Positions 1 to 11,590 of a stretch of DNA of 64,000 nt are shown here, piece after piece. Within the stretch, counting starts at the first letter, position 1. Each line of letters begins with the position of its first letter. The notes under the pieces were generated by a model that saw only the letters and a list, made by a program, of their open reading frames with translations, did not search any database and was not told where the DNA came from. Source of the stretch: Selaginella moellendorffii (Eukaryota > Plantae > Lycopodiophyta); the NCBI RefSeq assembly GCF_000143415.4, contig NW_003314325.1:652086-716085 (forward strand), read 5' to 3'. Both the position numbers and the translations under genes were made by a program.

Positions 1-2735
1 TTGATACTCACGTAAACCTTTGTAGTAGTGATATAGGTTTGCTCGTGGTATTGCTCAATCGATGATCAAGTCATTGTGATACTTATATCATATCCATGTG
101 ATAATGAGCAATGTGTTTACAAAATTGCTTGGTCAAACGATGATCAACCCCAAAGTGGCTGATGGTGAAGCTAGTTTACTTACAAGAAGTAACATTGTAG
201 TAGTTTTGATTGGATTCTCGATAGTGGTCCATTATGCTAAGCTTAAGTTGGTTCCTTGTTTCCTTGAGGGTTTGCCCAGAAAGTGTTGGAAAGGGTTATA
301 ACATTCACTTGTTATAATTTGTTGGTTTATCCGTTAACACTTGGAGTAGATTGTTGGATGGAGAAGATGTGTTATTAAGGCATTGACATTACTAACACTT
401 GTGTTAGTGGAAGTGGCATTGTTGTTTTGAGTGATGAGGAATTTTCCTTAGACCTTGAATTTTCATGTCATTTTTCTTGTTAGTGTTTTGGCTTCACATT
501 GGATCTTGAAGGTAGTTGAAGAAAAGTGTTAATGCAATGTAGATATCCGAAAAAGTGGTCTTCGGGATCAAGCCTTGGATGTTCATTTTGCATTTTTGCG
601 GATATCGGTGTTGAATGTCGGAAGTATGGGTAAAGATGTTCGATGCTTAAACATACTATAGGTCATAAGAATTGGTGTTGAGGTGAATCTATGTGAAGTT
701 GTTAGTAGGAGGAAGTTGATTGAGTCTTGAAAGTTTGCATTCCTGGATTGAGAGTCATTCTTTCTCTAGGATGGAAAATTTTTCCACAAATTTTCTTAGA
801 CTTTTCTAATGGCTGATTTGTTGATGATTTTACTCGAAAACCATTCCGTTTTCGTAACCCAATACAAACTAGTGAAGGGGTTAGAGTTGACTTTGCTTAA
901 TTTAGACCTTAGTAAATAGTTTGTATGATGCGGCCCGAAAAAGATGCTGACTTTTGGGGCTAAGGCAATTGAGTTGGATAGCGTCTGGAGTTGGTGTAGA
1001 AATGTGGCCATTGCACTTTTCTAGAAAAGTGACCCTTATGTCTTTCTTTTGTAGCGTTGTGCTTGGTGGCAGGTTGCACTTTGCATTTTGCTAAGACTCT
1101 ATGAGAGTAGTGAGCTCTCACTGATCTTGATTTGGTCTTGGTGGCCTTGCTCTTTGGCTAAGGATGGTGATGTCCAACTTAGTTGTTTGAGGTTGAGATG
1201 TTAGTACCTGTACTATAGTTTTGTCTATGAGAAGGTTGTGTATCGATATGAGTCCATCTCATGGTCTTCACTTTAGTTTCAACTAAGTGTTGGTCATGCA
1301 TAGCTAGCCTCTTCAAGGCATGCTCAAAGCTATTGACTAGATGCATTTGTGAGCTTATCATGGTTGAGTTGGATTCGAATGGTCATTTAGTTTATGCTTG
1401 TCCATGAACCTTTATCTCGTACCTCGGGTATTACGTTCATGTTAGACAAGCATATGACTAATGGTATAAGTTTAATGTTTGGGTTTTGTGAAGGCATGTT
1501 GAAAGAGTGATTGTTAGTTGCTTGGCAACTAGTGATTACTTGTAAACTTAGTCGAGGACTATCGACATTTGCTTTGCTCGATGATGATTTAGCGGTGATG
1601 GGCTTGCTTTACCAAATGGTGTTACAAAGGATCATGTCGTTAGACTTACATAATTTTTCCATGTTAGCATATCAATTCTACCTTTGTTGATGTCACTTGG
1701 TTGCATTTAGTCTGTAGTGTTGGATTTCATTGAGTCTTGGACGTGGTGAATCACTCCTTGAGGAAGTGTTATCTGTAACTAAGTATTGTTGGAGGATTAG
1801 TCTCAGATACTGACTAAAGTATTCTTGACTTTGGTTAATTTAGTTGCTGGAAAGTTATGAGTGGTGATTCACTCTTGCTTCTTCTAGCTTTGTTATAATG
1901 TTGATGGCATTGAAGTGATGCCTTGTCGTTGACATTGTTGATGTTGAGATTTGAGTGAAATGAGATATCTCTTCTTAGGGTTGATATTAAGTTTCATTAA
2001 TCTCAATGAAGATAGTGTTGATGATTTGGCTATGGCTTTGTGTTATTGGCATTTTGTGCAATTGCTAATTAGCATTCAAACAAGTTGAGTGGCAAGTTTG
2101 AGTTAGTTGTGTTTTAGATGAGATTGTTTAGTAGGGGTTGAGTTTTGGCTTTTCCTTGAAAAGTGATTTAGTTGTGGACTATGTTAGCTTTATGAGAGGA
2201 AGAGTTAGTGATCGATATTAGAATGTTTGAATCTTTATTGGGTTTGAGTTGGAATATATATCGATCATTGATGATTCTTCTTGTGCTTGTTATAAGCTCT
2301 ATTTCGTTAAAGTGGGAATTGTCATTATCCCACTTGTAAAATAAGGTTTCCAAACCTTTATATAGTATATAAATATAACAAAATTCAACTACATTGAGGC
2401 ACATGCCATTTTATTTTAAACAAGGAAATGTCTACTCAATCACTTCTCCTCCCCCTGCCACTGCTTCACCTCTCTCTTCTCCTTGTCATCGTCGTCCAAT
2501 TTCTTTCCATCCTTTTAATATTGGCTCAGTTGCTCCGAGTCTAGGTGGAGCCCAAGTCCCCATTCAATCTTTACTTTCCCATTATTAATAAAACAACTTC
2601 GTAGACTTCCAATAACATGTTGTAACACTTCTAGTATAATGCAAATCCTCTCAAAGAATTGTCTTTTAATATTAATACAATGGCATGGAACCCCATGCCA
2701 TAATAAGTTACATTTTTAAATAAATACATGCCATC

Positions 2736-4476
2736 TCAGACTGTTATTTTTTGCCTCCAACGCCTATACAATAATCTTGGAATTTCATCACTCTCCACAC
2801 TATCAGGATTTAAACCCAATAGTAATGCCATCTCTTCTCTAATACGTCCACGCTCATGTTCAGTGGTCGAAGAACCCATCCGGTTGAGCAGATTATGGAG
2901 ATGCGGATAGTGCTTGGCTAGACAATATACATGCCATAAATGATGACTGGTGTCTGTCCGATCAAATGGCTTCTGATATACCGTTCCATCTGCCATTTGG
3001 TTGATTTCTGCAGCCACCTCCTGGACTGGCCGGTTCTCTATCACCATCGCTCCAAGCCGTTTTGCAAGGTCCCCCAGAACATACGGTTTCTTCTCCCTAG
3101 TTTCCATACTGCAAGAGATGGGGTGCACTGCATATGTGTGCGTGTTCGCTGCAGTTTTAATTGGTGAGTCATCGATGATGAGGATTTCACTTGACCTAGC
3201 AGTCCGGTTCATCACTACAGCCTCTGGCTTGACGAAGATGGGCTTGCTACCCCTCACATGGACCATAGTCAAGCAATCCTCCTGCGTTAGGAGAAAGTCA
3301 AATGGTAATATTACTCGCGTCTGATCGTGCATCATCTGTAGCAACGTTAATGCATTGTGGCGCATCATGGATGTCCAAACTCCCAATTGCAAATTGAACC
3401 CGGCCCTCTGTTTTAAGTGTCGCATGGTCATTATTAGATCCCGCAGTTTCTCCCATGTGATTAATGTGAATCTGTCTCTTTTGACCAACTTGCGACCGTA
3501 GGCTTTGGAGGGTGCAATGACATTCGAGGACGAGCCACGCTCATGGGAGAAAAGGACACCGTTCAGATCAAAAATGATACAGTACCTTCGCCGTGACTCT
3601 GAAATGAAATGCGTCAGCATAAAAAATGGTACAAGTCAATTTTACCATCTACAATATTAGCGAATGGTGCTCCCGATGGTCGTTGAGAGGGTTTTGGTCG
3701 AGGAAACGTGAAGGGCGGAAATACTCTCCTCTGCAATGTGGGGTCAATCGCATCCGATGGCGTGTGGGCACATGCCATTTCAACTGTAGACTCTGGTACA
3801 ACTGGCTCAACAATGGCATGGGGTGGTTCCGATGGCGTGTGATCACACGCCATTTCAGCTGGTGCCTCCATTGGCAAAGTGGACATGACCGAACAGGCAG
3901 CAGGGGCGGTGTAGGGAGGTTCCAATGGCGCGTAGTCAGACGATTGGGCACACGTTGAGTCCATTGGAAATGAGGATACGACCGGCTCGGCGGCTGGGGC
4001 GGCCTCATGCGGGTCCAATGGCGCCTGGTCACCGTCAGTTGGATACGTGGACAAGATTGACTCAGTGGTATGGGCAGCATCAAGTGGAGCGTGGTCAGCT
4101 TGCTTGGCGTTGATATGGATAGTAGCCTCCACCAGCTCTGATGACTCTTGCAGGCAAGTAGAGTCCACTGGCAGATCCATATGCATGTCCAAATATCTCC
4201 CTTCGATTGAGATGGTATCCTCCCGTGCTACTAAAAACAAACTCATTAGCACATTGAATCGACTATACTGTATTTACCATCAACTGCTATTGAGGAACTA
4301 GGACCAATATCACTTGGGCGCACTGCTGATTCTGAAGGATTGGACATACGTTTCGACCCTTGCTTGGCACTATCCTTCCTCGACACTAAAGGCTAGAGTT
4401 TGTAAATTCAACTGAATAATCTCTACTTACCACTTGCCTGCAGCTGTGTGTATATCAAGATGGCATGAGGCCTCAT
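2736..4476 (-). pseudogene. FCP1/SCP (NIF)-family HAD phosphatase-like gene with a Pro/Ala/Glu-rich N-terminus, carried by the transposon
   Basis: ORF 2736-3620 has HAD motifs IIFDLNGVL, LGVWTS, IFVKP and ILIIDDSPIK. ORF 3614-4252 joins it if one base is added to the 6-nt homopolymer at 3621-3626. Two small GT-AG introns (about 4231-4277 and 4386-4430) extend the frame upstream; the exact start is uncertain. Confidence 0.75.
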
Positions 4477-4550
4477 GCCAATTTTGTGAATGCGAAATTT
4501 CACGTGGGTGTCAATAGCATGTTTGAATAATGGCATGTGGCCTCATGCTA
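4461..4550. promoter_or_regulatory. Two TGGCATG-N6-CATGC(C/T)A palindromes in the divergent region between the two transposon genes
   Basis: TGGCATGAGGCCTCATGCCA at 4461-4480 (perfect palindrome) and TGGCATGTGGCCTCATGCTA at 4531-4550. Function is inferred. Confidence 0.55.
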
Positions 4551-4624
4551 TTTGGTATGTTATGATTTAGGCCATTCTCCAATCATTTTTTGTATGGTCT
4601 TAACTTCTTTTCTGCACTTTCAGA

Positions 4625-7600
4625 ATGGCCTTCAGGGTTGGGGAAAAGGTTTACATTTTGAATGGTGGGAAGAGAGTTGCAAAAGGGACCCTTGTGTCTA
4701 TGGATCGGAACTTTGTTATACACTGTCAAAGGCTTGGGGAAGGCAATGCTGCTGTATCAGTAGAGACTGTCTTCGATGGGAATGTGGTTGCTATTGAACG
4801 AGGAGAGATGGTCGTCGGGGTAAATGTTGTTGTTGCCTTGAAAAATCTGCAGAAGAAAGCAGATGTTGGGGACAACGCAAGTGCGACGCATGTTCCCTAC
4901 GTGGATCTTAAGAACCGTGCTACATGGATTCAGGCAAAGGTGTTTCTAAACAACCCCGAGGGGGAGGTGGTAGCTGAGGGCTTAGCCACAGTTGTCGATC
5001 CAAGAGATGCGGTTGCTAATCAAGAATTGGGCTGGGATGATATTGGAGTTGCGATTTTAGAGGTTGTTGACACAGAAGAAAACAGTCTGACTATTGGAAG
5101 CATTGTGCGGTGGAAATTAAGGCATTTAGTGTTTGAGAATGTGAAGGATTCACAATCAAACACCACTACAACTGATGACAGAACATCTCTTCATGGGAAA
5201 AGAAAGTACACCTTCCTACAGCGCAGCCAAAGGGATCTGAGCAACGAACCGAAAAGGCAGAAAATGGCGATGGAGGTTCGAATGGTCTCGACAGTTGCTT
5301 GTTGCAAGAGGAGGTGCTGTCAACATGCTGATTGGGATGCTATTGAAGAGGAGAGAGCAAGATACAAGACATTGTCCTGGAAGGCAGCTCGCAATTTTGT
5401 GTATGAGGCATTACGGTCATCTGTTGATGCTTCAGAACATTAGGTGGGGGGCATGGTCTTCCAGAGGGGTTTGGTCTGCATGAAGGCATGGAGAATCATT
5501 TATGGAGTCCCTCGAAGCACATTCTACAGAATCAAAACTGAGTTCGAGGAACAAAGGGTTCAACAGGCAGTCCATGAGAACGACGGTACGCACAAAACCA
5601 GGGGTCATGTTGTATATGGAGAGGCAATCTTCAAGAGGTTTGTCGAGAAATGTAGCGAGCAGCAACCACATAAAACCCGCCTCTTGGAAGATGGAACACG
5701 AGACACCCAACGAGTTTTCCCTTCCATGTATACCAAGGGGGCCATATTGGAAGATGTGAATCGGGAACTCCAGAGTAATGGCTACAGGAAGCTGAGCCAA
5801 TCTAGATTTAGTAGATTGTGGAGCAACAGGTTCAGGGATGTGAGTATAGGAAAGTACTCCAGCTTTTCAAAGTGTGACGAGTGCACTGCTATCAAAATGG
5901 CTTTGTCGAAGAATTCTTGCAGCGCTCAAGAGCGAGAGACGTTGGTTAGAAGGCGGCTCGACCACAACATCGAGCAGAGAAGCTGCAGGACTGCATATTA
6001 TCATAACAGGATTCTCTCCATGGAGAGACCTGACTCTTACCTCTGCATCATCCACGACAAAATGGACCAGAAAAAGACGTGCTTACCTCGACTCAATCCT
6101 GCCCCCAAGGCAATCTCTTCATCCATGCAACTGCTTGTGTCTCTGTTTGGCATAATCGCTCATGGGCATGGTGCCCAGAACTATGGGAACTTCTTTGTAC
6201 CTCTATGGGGTGGCGGGGGTGCAAACATGATGATTGCGTCCCTAGCAAAACACTTAAGGTCTCTGCAAAGTGCGCAGACTGAGCTGAACGGCCAACCCTT
6301 GCATAAGGCCCTTGTCGATCGAACCCCATACAGGGTTCAGCTGGAGGAGGAGCAAAGGCTTGCAGTATCGCGTGGGGCCCCATGCCATCCCAGTGAATAT
6401 GTTGGCCGTCAGATTGTAGGGTTATCACGTGAGGCCTCATGCCATTCCGACGAGGCTGGTCGCCCGGTGAATGCACAGCCTCATCCAAATGAAGCAGAAT
6501 CTCAAGGAAGTTCTTGCGGCCGATGTGGCTTTCCACCCCATCTTCTGCTCCAAACAGACAATGCTGGCAGTGAGAACAAAAACATGTACGTCTTCGCGTA
6601 CTTGGCAATGCTTGTTGCCAAAGGCATATTTGAAACGGTTACACTTGGCTTTCTCATGGTTGGGCACACTCATGAAGACGTCGATGCCATGTTCAGTCAT
6701 CTGGCAGAGTCCCTCCGGCGATCCAATGTCCTCACCCTCCCACAACTCTACGATGAATTCCAAAATTGCATCAAAGGCACTGTTGAAGCTGCACTTGTGA
6801 CAGAGGTTCCAGACTTTAAGGGGTTTGTAAAAGGCTACATCAGGGATGGATCCGAAACGCTGATTGGCCACTCCAAGCCTCTTCAGTTTCATTTCAGCAT
6901 GCGTGACGGTGCTCCAGTGATGAGGTACAAGATGAGAGAATGGGACACAGTGTGGCTGCCAGTGGATGGCATTGAACTCTTCAAGAGAGATCCCATAACT
7001 GGGGAACCTATGATTCCTCAGGGTTCCCCACGGCCGATGCACCCGGATGGACTCAAAGACCAGGAAAGTATAGTGGCCGGGATTAGACAGCATATTGCCT
7101 TCTGGAAGAGGGGGTTGGTGTTTGGTGGAGAATCCTATTTTAAGAGGTGCAAGCCTTTGCTAGAAAACTGGGAGAAGATTATATCTGCTATCCAAAATGG
7201 GCCGGTTGTATATGAAGAATTGGAAGAGTCCTTTTGGCCAGAACCCAGAGCACCAGATAGTAGCGGAACAATGTCCTCTAGAAATGCAGTGACAAATAAC
7301 GATGTTGAGGATCACTATTGTGGGCCGAGGAACAAGAAGCCGGATTCAGCATTCAATCCAGTACAGGTCTGCAAAGGAATGGTCGTGCTTGTCAGACCCA
7401 GTAATAAAAAACAAATGATATGGGTGGGGCGCTGCATCACTGATGCAGAGGAGGACGCGGAAACTAACTCCTTCAATGTAACTGTGGAGTGGTTCAAGCC
7501 AAGTTCCGGATATACGAAGGATTGCCTAGAAAAGAGATGGGTGCTGAATCCAAGGGATCCCAGCATGAGCATATCGGTGGATAATGTTGTGCATGGTTGG

Positions 7601-7766
7601 ATGCGGAAGCAGAGTGCCACCATCACCTTGCCAGACCATGCAAGAGATGCAGCAAGAGCATTCATAACCCGGGTTCAAGGTGAGATTCATTAATATTCCT
7701 TTACTAAGTTTCTAATGTATTTTATTTCAAGGTGAACAATCTGAATCTGAATCAGAGGAGGCGTGA
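4625..7766 (+). pseudogene. Sola-like DDD transposase (~1030 aa) with one in-frame TAG at 5441-5443
   Basis: ORFs 4625-5443 and 5444-7693 are in the same frame. Motifs CCKRRC, KCDEC, HDKMDQKK, LQTDNAGSENKN and FLMVGHTHEDVDAMFS. The N-terminus has two VA(K/E)G...LG repeats resembling Tnp1/En-Spm accessory domains. The C-terminal VVLVRP..IWVGR..VEWF resembles a BAH/SH3-like fold. A probable 52-nt GT-AG intron at 7680-7731 gives the end QGEQSESESEEA*. Confidence 0.8.
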
Positions 7767-10073
7767 TGGCATGTGGCCCTTTGCACTAGTATATCTTAAT
7801 ACCGGTCTGAGAAATAGAATGGCATGTGCCCTTAGGCCTTTTACTAAATCACCTTTGAAAGAAATGCAAGCCTCTATGTCGTAAAAAAAAGGTACTAGAG
7901 AAATTCCTTAATAATATGAATGTTATTTAGTTTCATGAAAATACACTAAGGGTCAAATGAGTTAAATGACTTCTCCAGACTAGCAATGCCTCTTGCTACA
8001 CCTTCACAATTAGATTCATTAGAAAAAGATAACATTGAATAATATCTAAATGTTCTCACCATTAAGTTATATGTCTGGCTAATAGGAATGACGTTCATCT
8101 TGGAAAGCTCACCACACGCTCAATGAACAAACAAATAGTGTGTGCGCGCATGCCATCGCTTTTCTTTAGCTTCAGATTCAGCTTGTTCACCTTGACAATG
8201 AGATTTATTATACAACCAGATGGACTCAGTCTGGACACAAAGTCACCGCGCTAGTCACCATGCCCCAGATATGTCTAGCCCCTGGACAAAAAACATATAA
8301 TTTCACGTCATTTTCAAATACTTGAAAATTTGTACCTAGTCCCATTTTACTGAATAAATCCCACTTTAACGAAATAGAGCTTTTATGAAGTGAGTTACGT
8401 CTTGTTATAGGTGGATTCATGGAGGATCATTTGATGATCACTTGTTGAGCATATCTTCGTTATGCTTAGCTTTTGGATTGATGCAAATATGCTCTTCATT
8501 AGCTTTGCATTATGAAGTTTAGCTTATGGAAGTGTTGAAAAAAATATTGTGGGTTATACCATGATTTCTTCTTTAGCATCGAAATTAGTTCATGCGAGAC
8601 TCGTGATTATTGTTAGGCAAGATTTGGCTATAAGCTTCTTCGAACTTTTGGTTCTTTGAGTTTTTATGCTCATTATTCCATTTGTTAGAAGTTGTTCGGG
8701 AAGGCATTTTTGGCTCATTAGCTTTGATGCTGAAGTTGGCTTTTGCATCTGGCAATCATTGGCGATAATTGATTATCATTTAGGATAGTTGATTATCCTT
8801 GTCAAAAAGGTTTTGCTTGATTATTGTTGATATAGAATGATTTGTCATTATTCGGGATGGTATATTCTTTTTTCAATGATGATTATGCATCACTACATTG
8901 ATGAGATGATTGATGCTCTTTCATGATAGTTAGTTGTTCTCTTTAATGGCTTATGGCTTTTTGCAATACCACATGTTCTTTGTGGTTTGCTCTAGATTGG
9001 TCTTTTGGGTTTGAGACATCAATAAGATGTTGCCGATGCTTGCTTGAGTAACTCTGGTTCCTTTATATTGTTGATTGGGATTTATTTGGATTAGCTAGTG
9101 TGATAGTTGGCATAAATGAGTGTTTGTTGGTCTTACCACATTCATTCTATTTTGTTGATTGTTGCTTGAGTCAGTTTTGATAGATTTAGATGTTATTTCC
9201 TTTGGGTGATACATTCGTGAGTATTGTGCTTGTCAGTCAATGATACTTTGTGTTTTTTGAGTTCTCTTTCGTAAGTTGTTTGGCATACTATCTGCCATCT
9301 TCAGTAGTTAAGTTTTATCATTGAGTTTTCTTGATGATACACTGACTATTGAATTTTGTTAGATAGTGAATCCTATCTTTTCCAATTATGATGATTTTGG
9401 TGGTTCCTATACTATTATACTGGTTTATTGGATGATAACTTATTTGGAATACTTTTGTGTTCTAATCTAAGATTTAATCACTAATAATTTAGTCTCTAAG
9501 ATATCATTGTTTATGACTTTGATATTGTCCACTATTAATTTTTGAATTTGGGCCAGTATAGGCAGACTGGCTTCAGCACTTCGTGTGCATGGTGAAATCT
9601 TTAGTCATGGGGTAGCTACTGTCGACTGGTCACATAACCCATTTCTTTGTTGATGTCCCTTATTCCGTTAAAAGGGCGTGACTGTGTAAACAACTCTAAC
9701 TGCCTATTTACAGTAGTCTATCTAAACCTTACCGACGAGTTTGGTTTCTTTGCTTAGGAGGGTTGGGGCCTATGACTTTTCTCTCTATGTTCCTGCAAGC
9801 AGGGGTGTATCACACTTTTGTAAGCTGGGTGACTCCCAGAGCAGCAAGGGTGGCTAACTCCATTAGTCCTTTCCTTGTTGGCGACGGCCAAAAGGTGTCT
9901 AAGCTGGTAACGCATCTGCGTTAGACAAAGAGGTTGCCTCCTAACTCATTTAAGTTGGTGCATTTCTCACATAGTGTGAATACCGTGAACTTTTTTTGGA
10001 GTTGTTTCCTTGGTGGTATTCTACACTCGAGTGTGCATCGACGAGGACGTCAATCTTCTCTAGGGGGGGAGAG

Positions 10074-11217
10074 TGTCGTGAATGTGACTTCGGGTATCGA
10101 AAGTTACCTATTAACTAGTCCTTTCGGATATTTTTTCCTTACTGCCACAATGGTAGGAGGTCGGTATTGCTGGACCCATTATCAGTTTCCCACTTGAGCT
10201 AGTTGAGAAACTGGTCAATAACCATGTACTTAGATCGGATAAACATAAGGTAGGAACTCTATGTGTTTCTTGCTAAGCATACTCGGCCTGGTTTGAGAAA
10301 CTCCTATCATTAGCTTACACTTGCTAGTATCAAGAACACCCGCGATATTAAGATTGGTCCCTCAATATCGCTAAATGATAGCTTACCGTGTCTACCAAAC
10401 ACCCTCGCTATCATGCCTTTTGTGTTGGTCTCATTTCAGTCCCAAATGCTATTTATGGAAAGTGTCTAGATTTGCTCATTTGGCATATCTACGGAATGTA
10501 AAGATTTTTTTGAACACAATGGTGTTCGTCCCGTGTCCAAATTCGCAATCTAAGGACATTCCATATTTAGTAAGTTTCAAGCTTGTCCCAGAGATTAACT
10601 CCTGATACTAAGGGAGGCTTGGGGTGAAAGCCCAAACCCTATGTTCCTCAAGGGGGGGGGGCTATGGGGGGTTCCAAATGTATAATAAGGATAGCGGGTA
10701 GGTCGGGCATGGCCGACCAATCTGAGGCATAGTTTAGCTCCTGCTTGCATGCCTGTCTTTGTTCTGCGTCCGGCTTGGGTCTAAGCCTAAGTTCCATTCC
10801 ATGCTAGCTAGTGGAGTACCCATGTCCTCCCATTAGGCCACCGGTATGCCGAAAGAGTGCCAGACTCCGTTTGGCTCCGTTTTGCGTGCTAGTCCTGGCA
10901 TTGGGATGCTGGTTGTTCCAGAATTGCTCCAAGTCGCTCCGGGCTCCTGTCCCTTCGCTCCTTGGGCTGTTTGCTCGGGAGTTGCTCCATGGTTCGGTTC
11001 CATCACTCCTTAGCTCTATGTTTGGGAGTTTGGCACCATTCTTTCATTTAGTGGCCCAAGGCCCTGAACTTTGGGTTCCGCACCACTGTCCTATGGACAC
11101 GTGGCATGTGACACGTGGCATCTGTCACGTGGCACAAAAAGGGTTTAGGTTCTGCTTCGTGGTGTTATCCTATGGTAAATCACCAAAGGATAAAGGGTCA
11201 AAACCATGTGCGCTATA
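10074..11217 (+). repeat. Family A LTR
   Basis: Starts TGTCGTGAATGTGAC and ends GTGCGCTATA (decayed CA). Reverse-complement homologue of 16345-17475. Confidence 0.9.
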
Positions 11218-11590
11218 GTTGGTATCAGAGCAAATGGCATGGGTTTGATTCCCATTGATTAGTGGCTACTTAAAAATATAATATACCCTTGAGCAAGGTA
11301 TATTCCTACCCCTAAATTTGAAATTGTATATATTGGACATCTATGTGTACGTCCTTTCTCTTATGTGGAGTATCCACAGACGAAGGTATCCACTGTGGGA
11401 CTACGGTAGGGGTGGATGACTAGTTGCCTCATATGGAATAGCTGATCTACACAATGGAAGGATTGGTGGATTTAGTGTGGAAATGGAAGTGTTGGTTCCC
11501 CTTGGCTCAGTAAGGGTTGATAGTCAATAGTCAACAAAGACATTGACATCTTTGAAGGGGGGGTGAGTGTAGCGTATGTGATAATGGGAT
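11218..11590 (+). mobile_element. TRIM-like 350-bp internal domain (PBS to PPT) directly after the family A LTR, followed by the start of a diverged LTR
   Basis: tRNA-iMet PBS TGGTATCAGAGC at 11220-11231. PPT GAAGGGGGGGTGAG at 11554-11567. Then TGTAGCGTATGTGA, similar to the family A LTR start TGTCGCGAATGTGA. Confidence 0.65.

Larger units (their letters stand above)
2294..8382 (+). mobile_element. TIR DNA transposon, Sola-like (4-bp TSD), 6089 bp
   Basis: Perfect 24-bp TIRs AAGCTCTATTTCGTTAAAGTGGGA at 2294-2317 and 8359-8382. TTAT is duplicated at 2290-2293 and 8383-8386. The empty site (CTTG-TTAT-GAAGTG) is seen in the family A copy near 19160-19175. Confidence 0.92.
1..11217 (+). mobile_element. 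Family A non-autonomous LTR retroelement (LARD-like), 5' end outside the window, interrupted by the DNA transposon at 2294-8382
   Basis: 1-2293 and 8383-10073 are colinear reverse-complement homologues of the internal region of the complete copy (17476-21460). A PPT (AGGGGGGGAGAG) ends at 10073 and is followed by the LTR. Confidence 0.9.

Noticed and set aside
5432-7665. Antisense and alternative-frame ORFs over the transposase
   Set aside because: Shadows of the main reading frame.
10811-11218. Recurrent short ORFs in family A LTRs (also 16400-17410, 22625-23507, 54378-55476)
   Set aside because: They recur only because the LTR recurs; no known motif and inconsistent boundaries.
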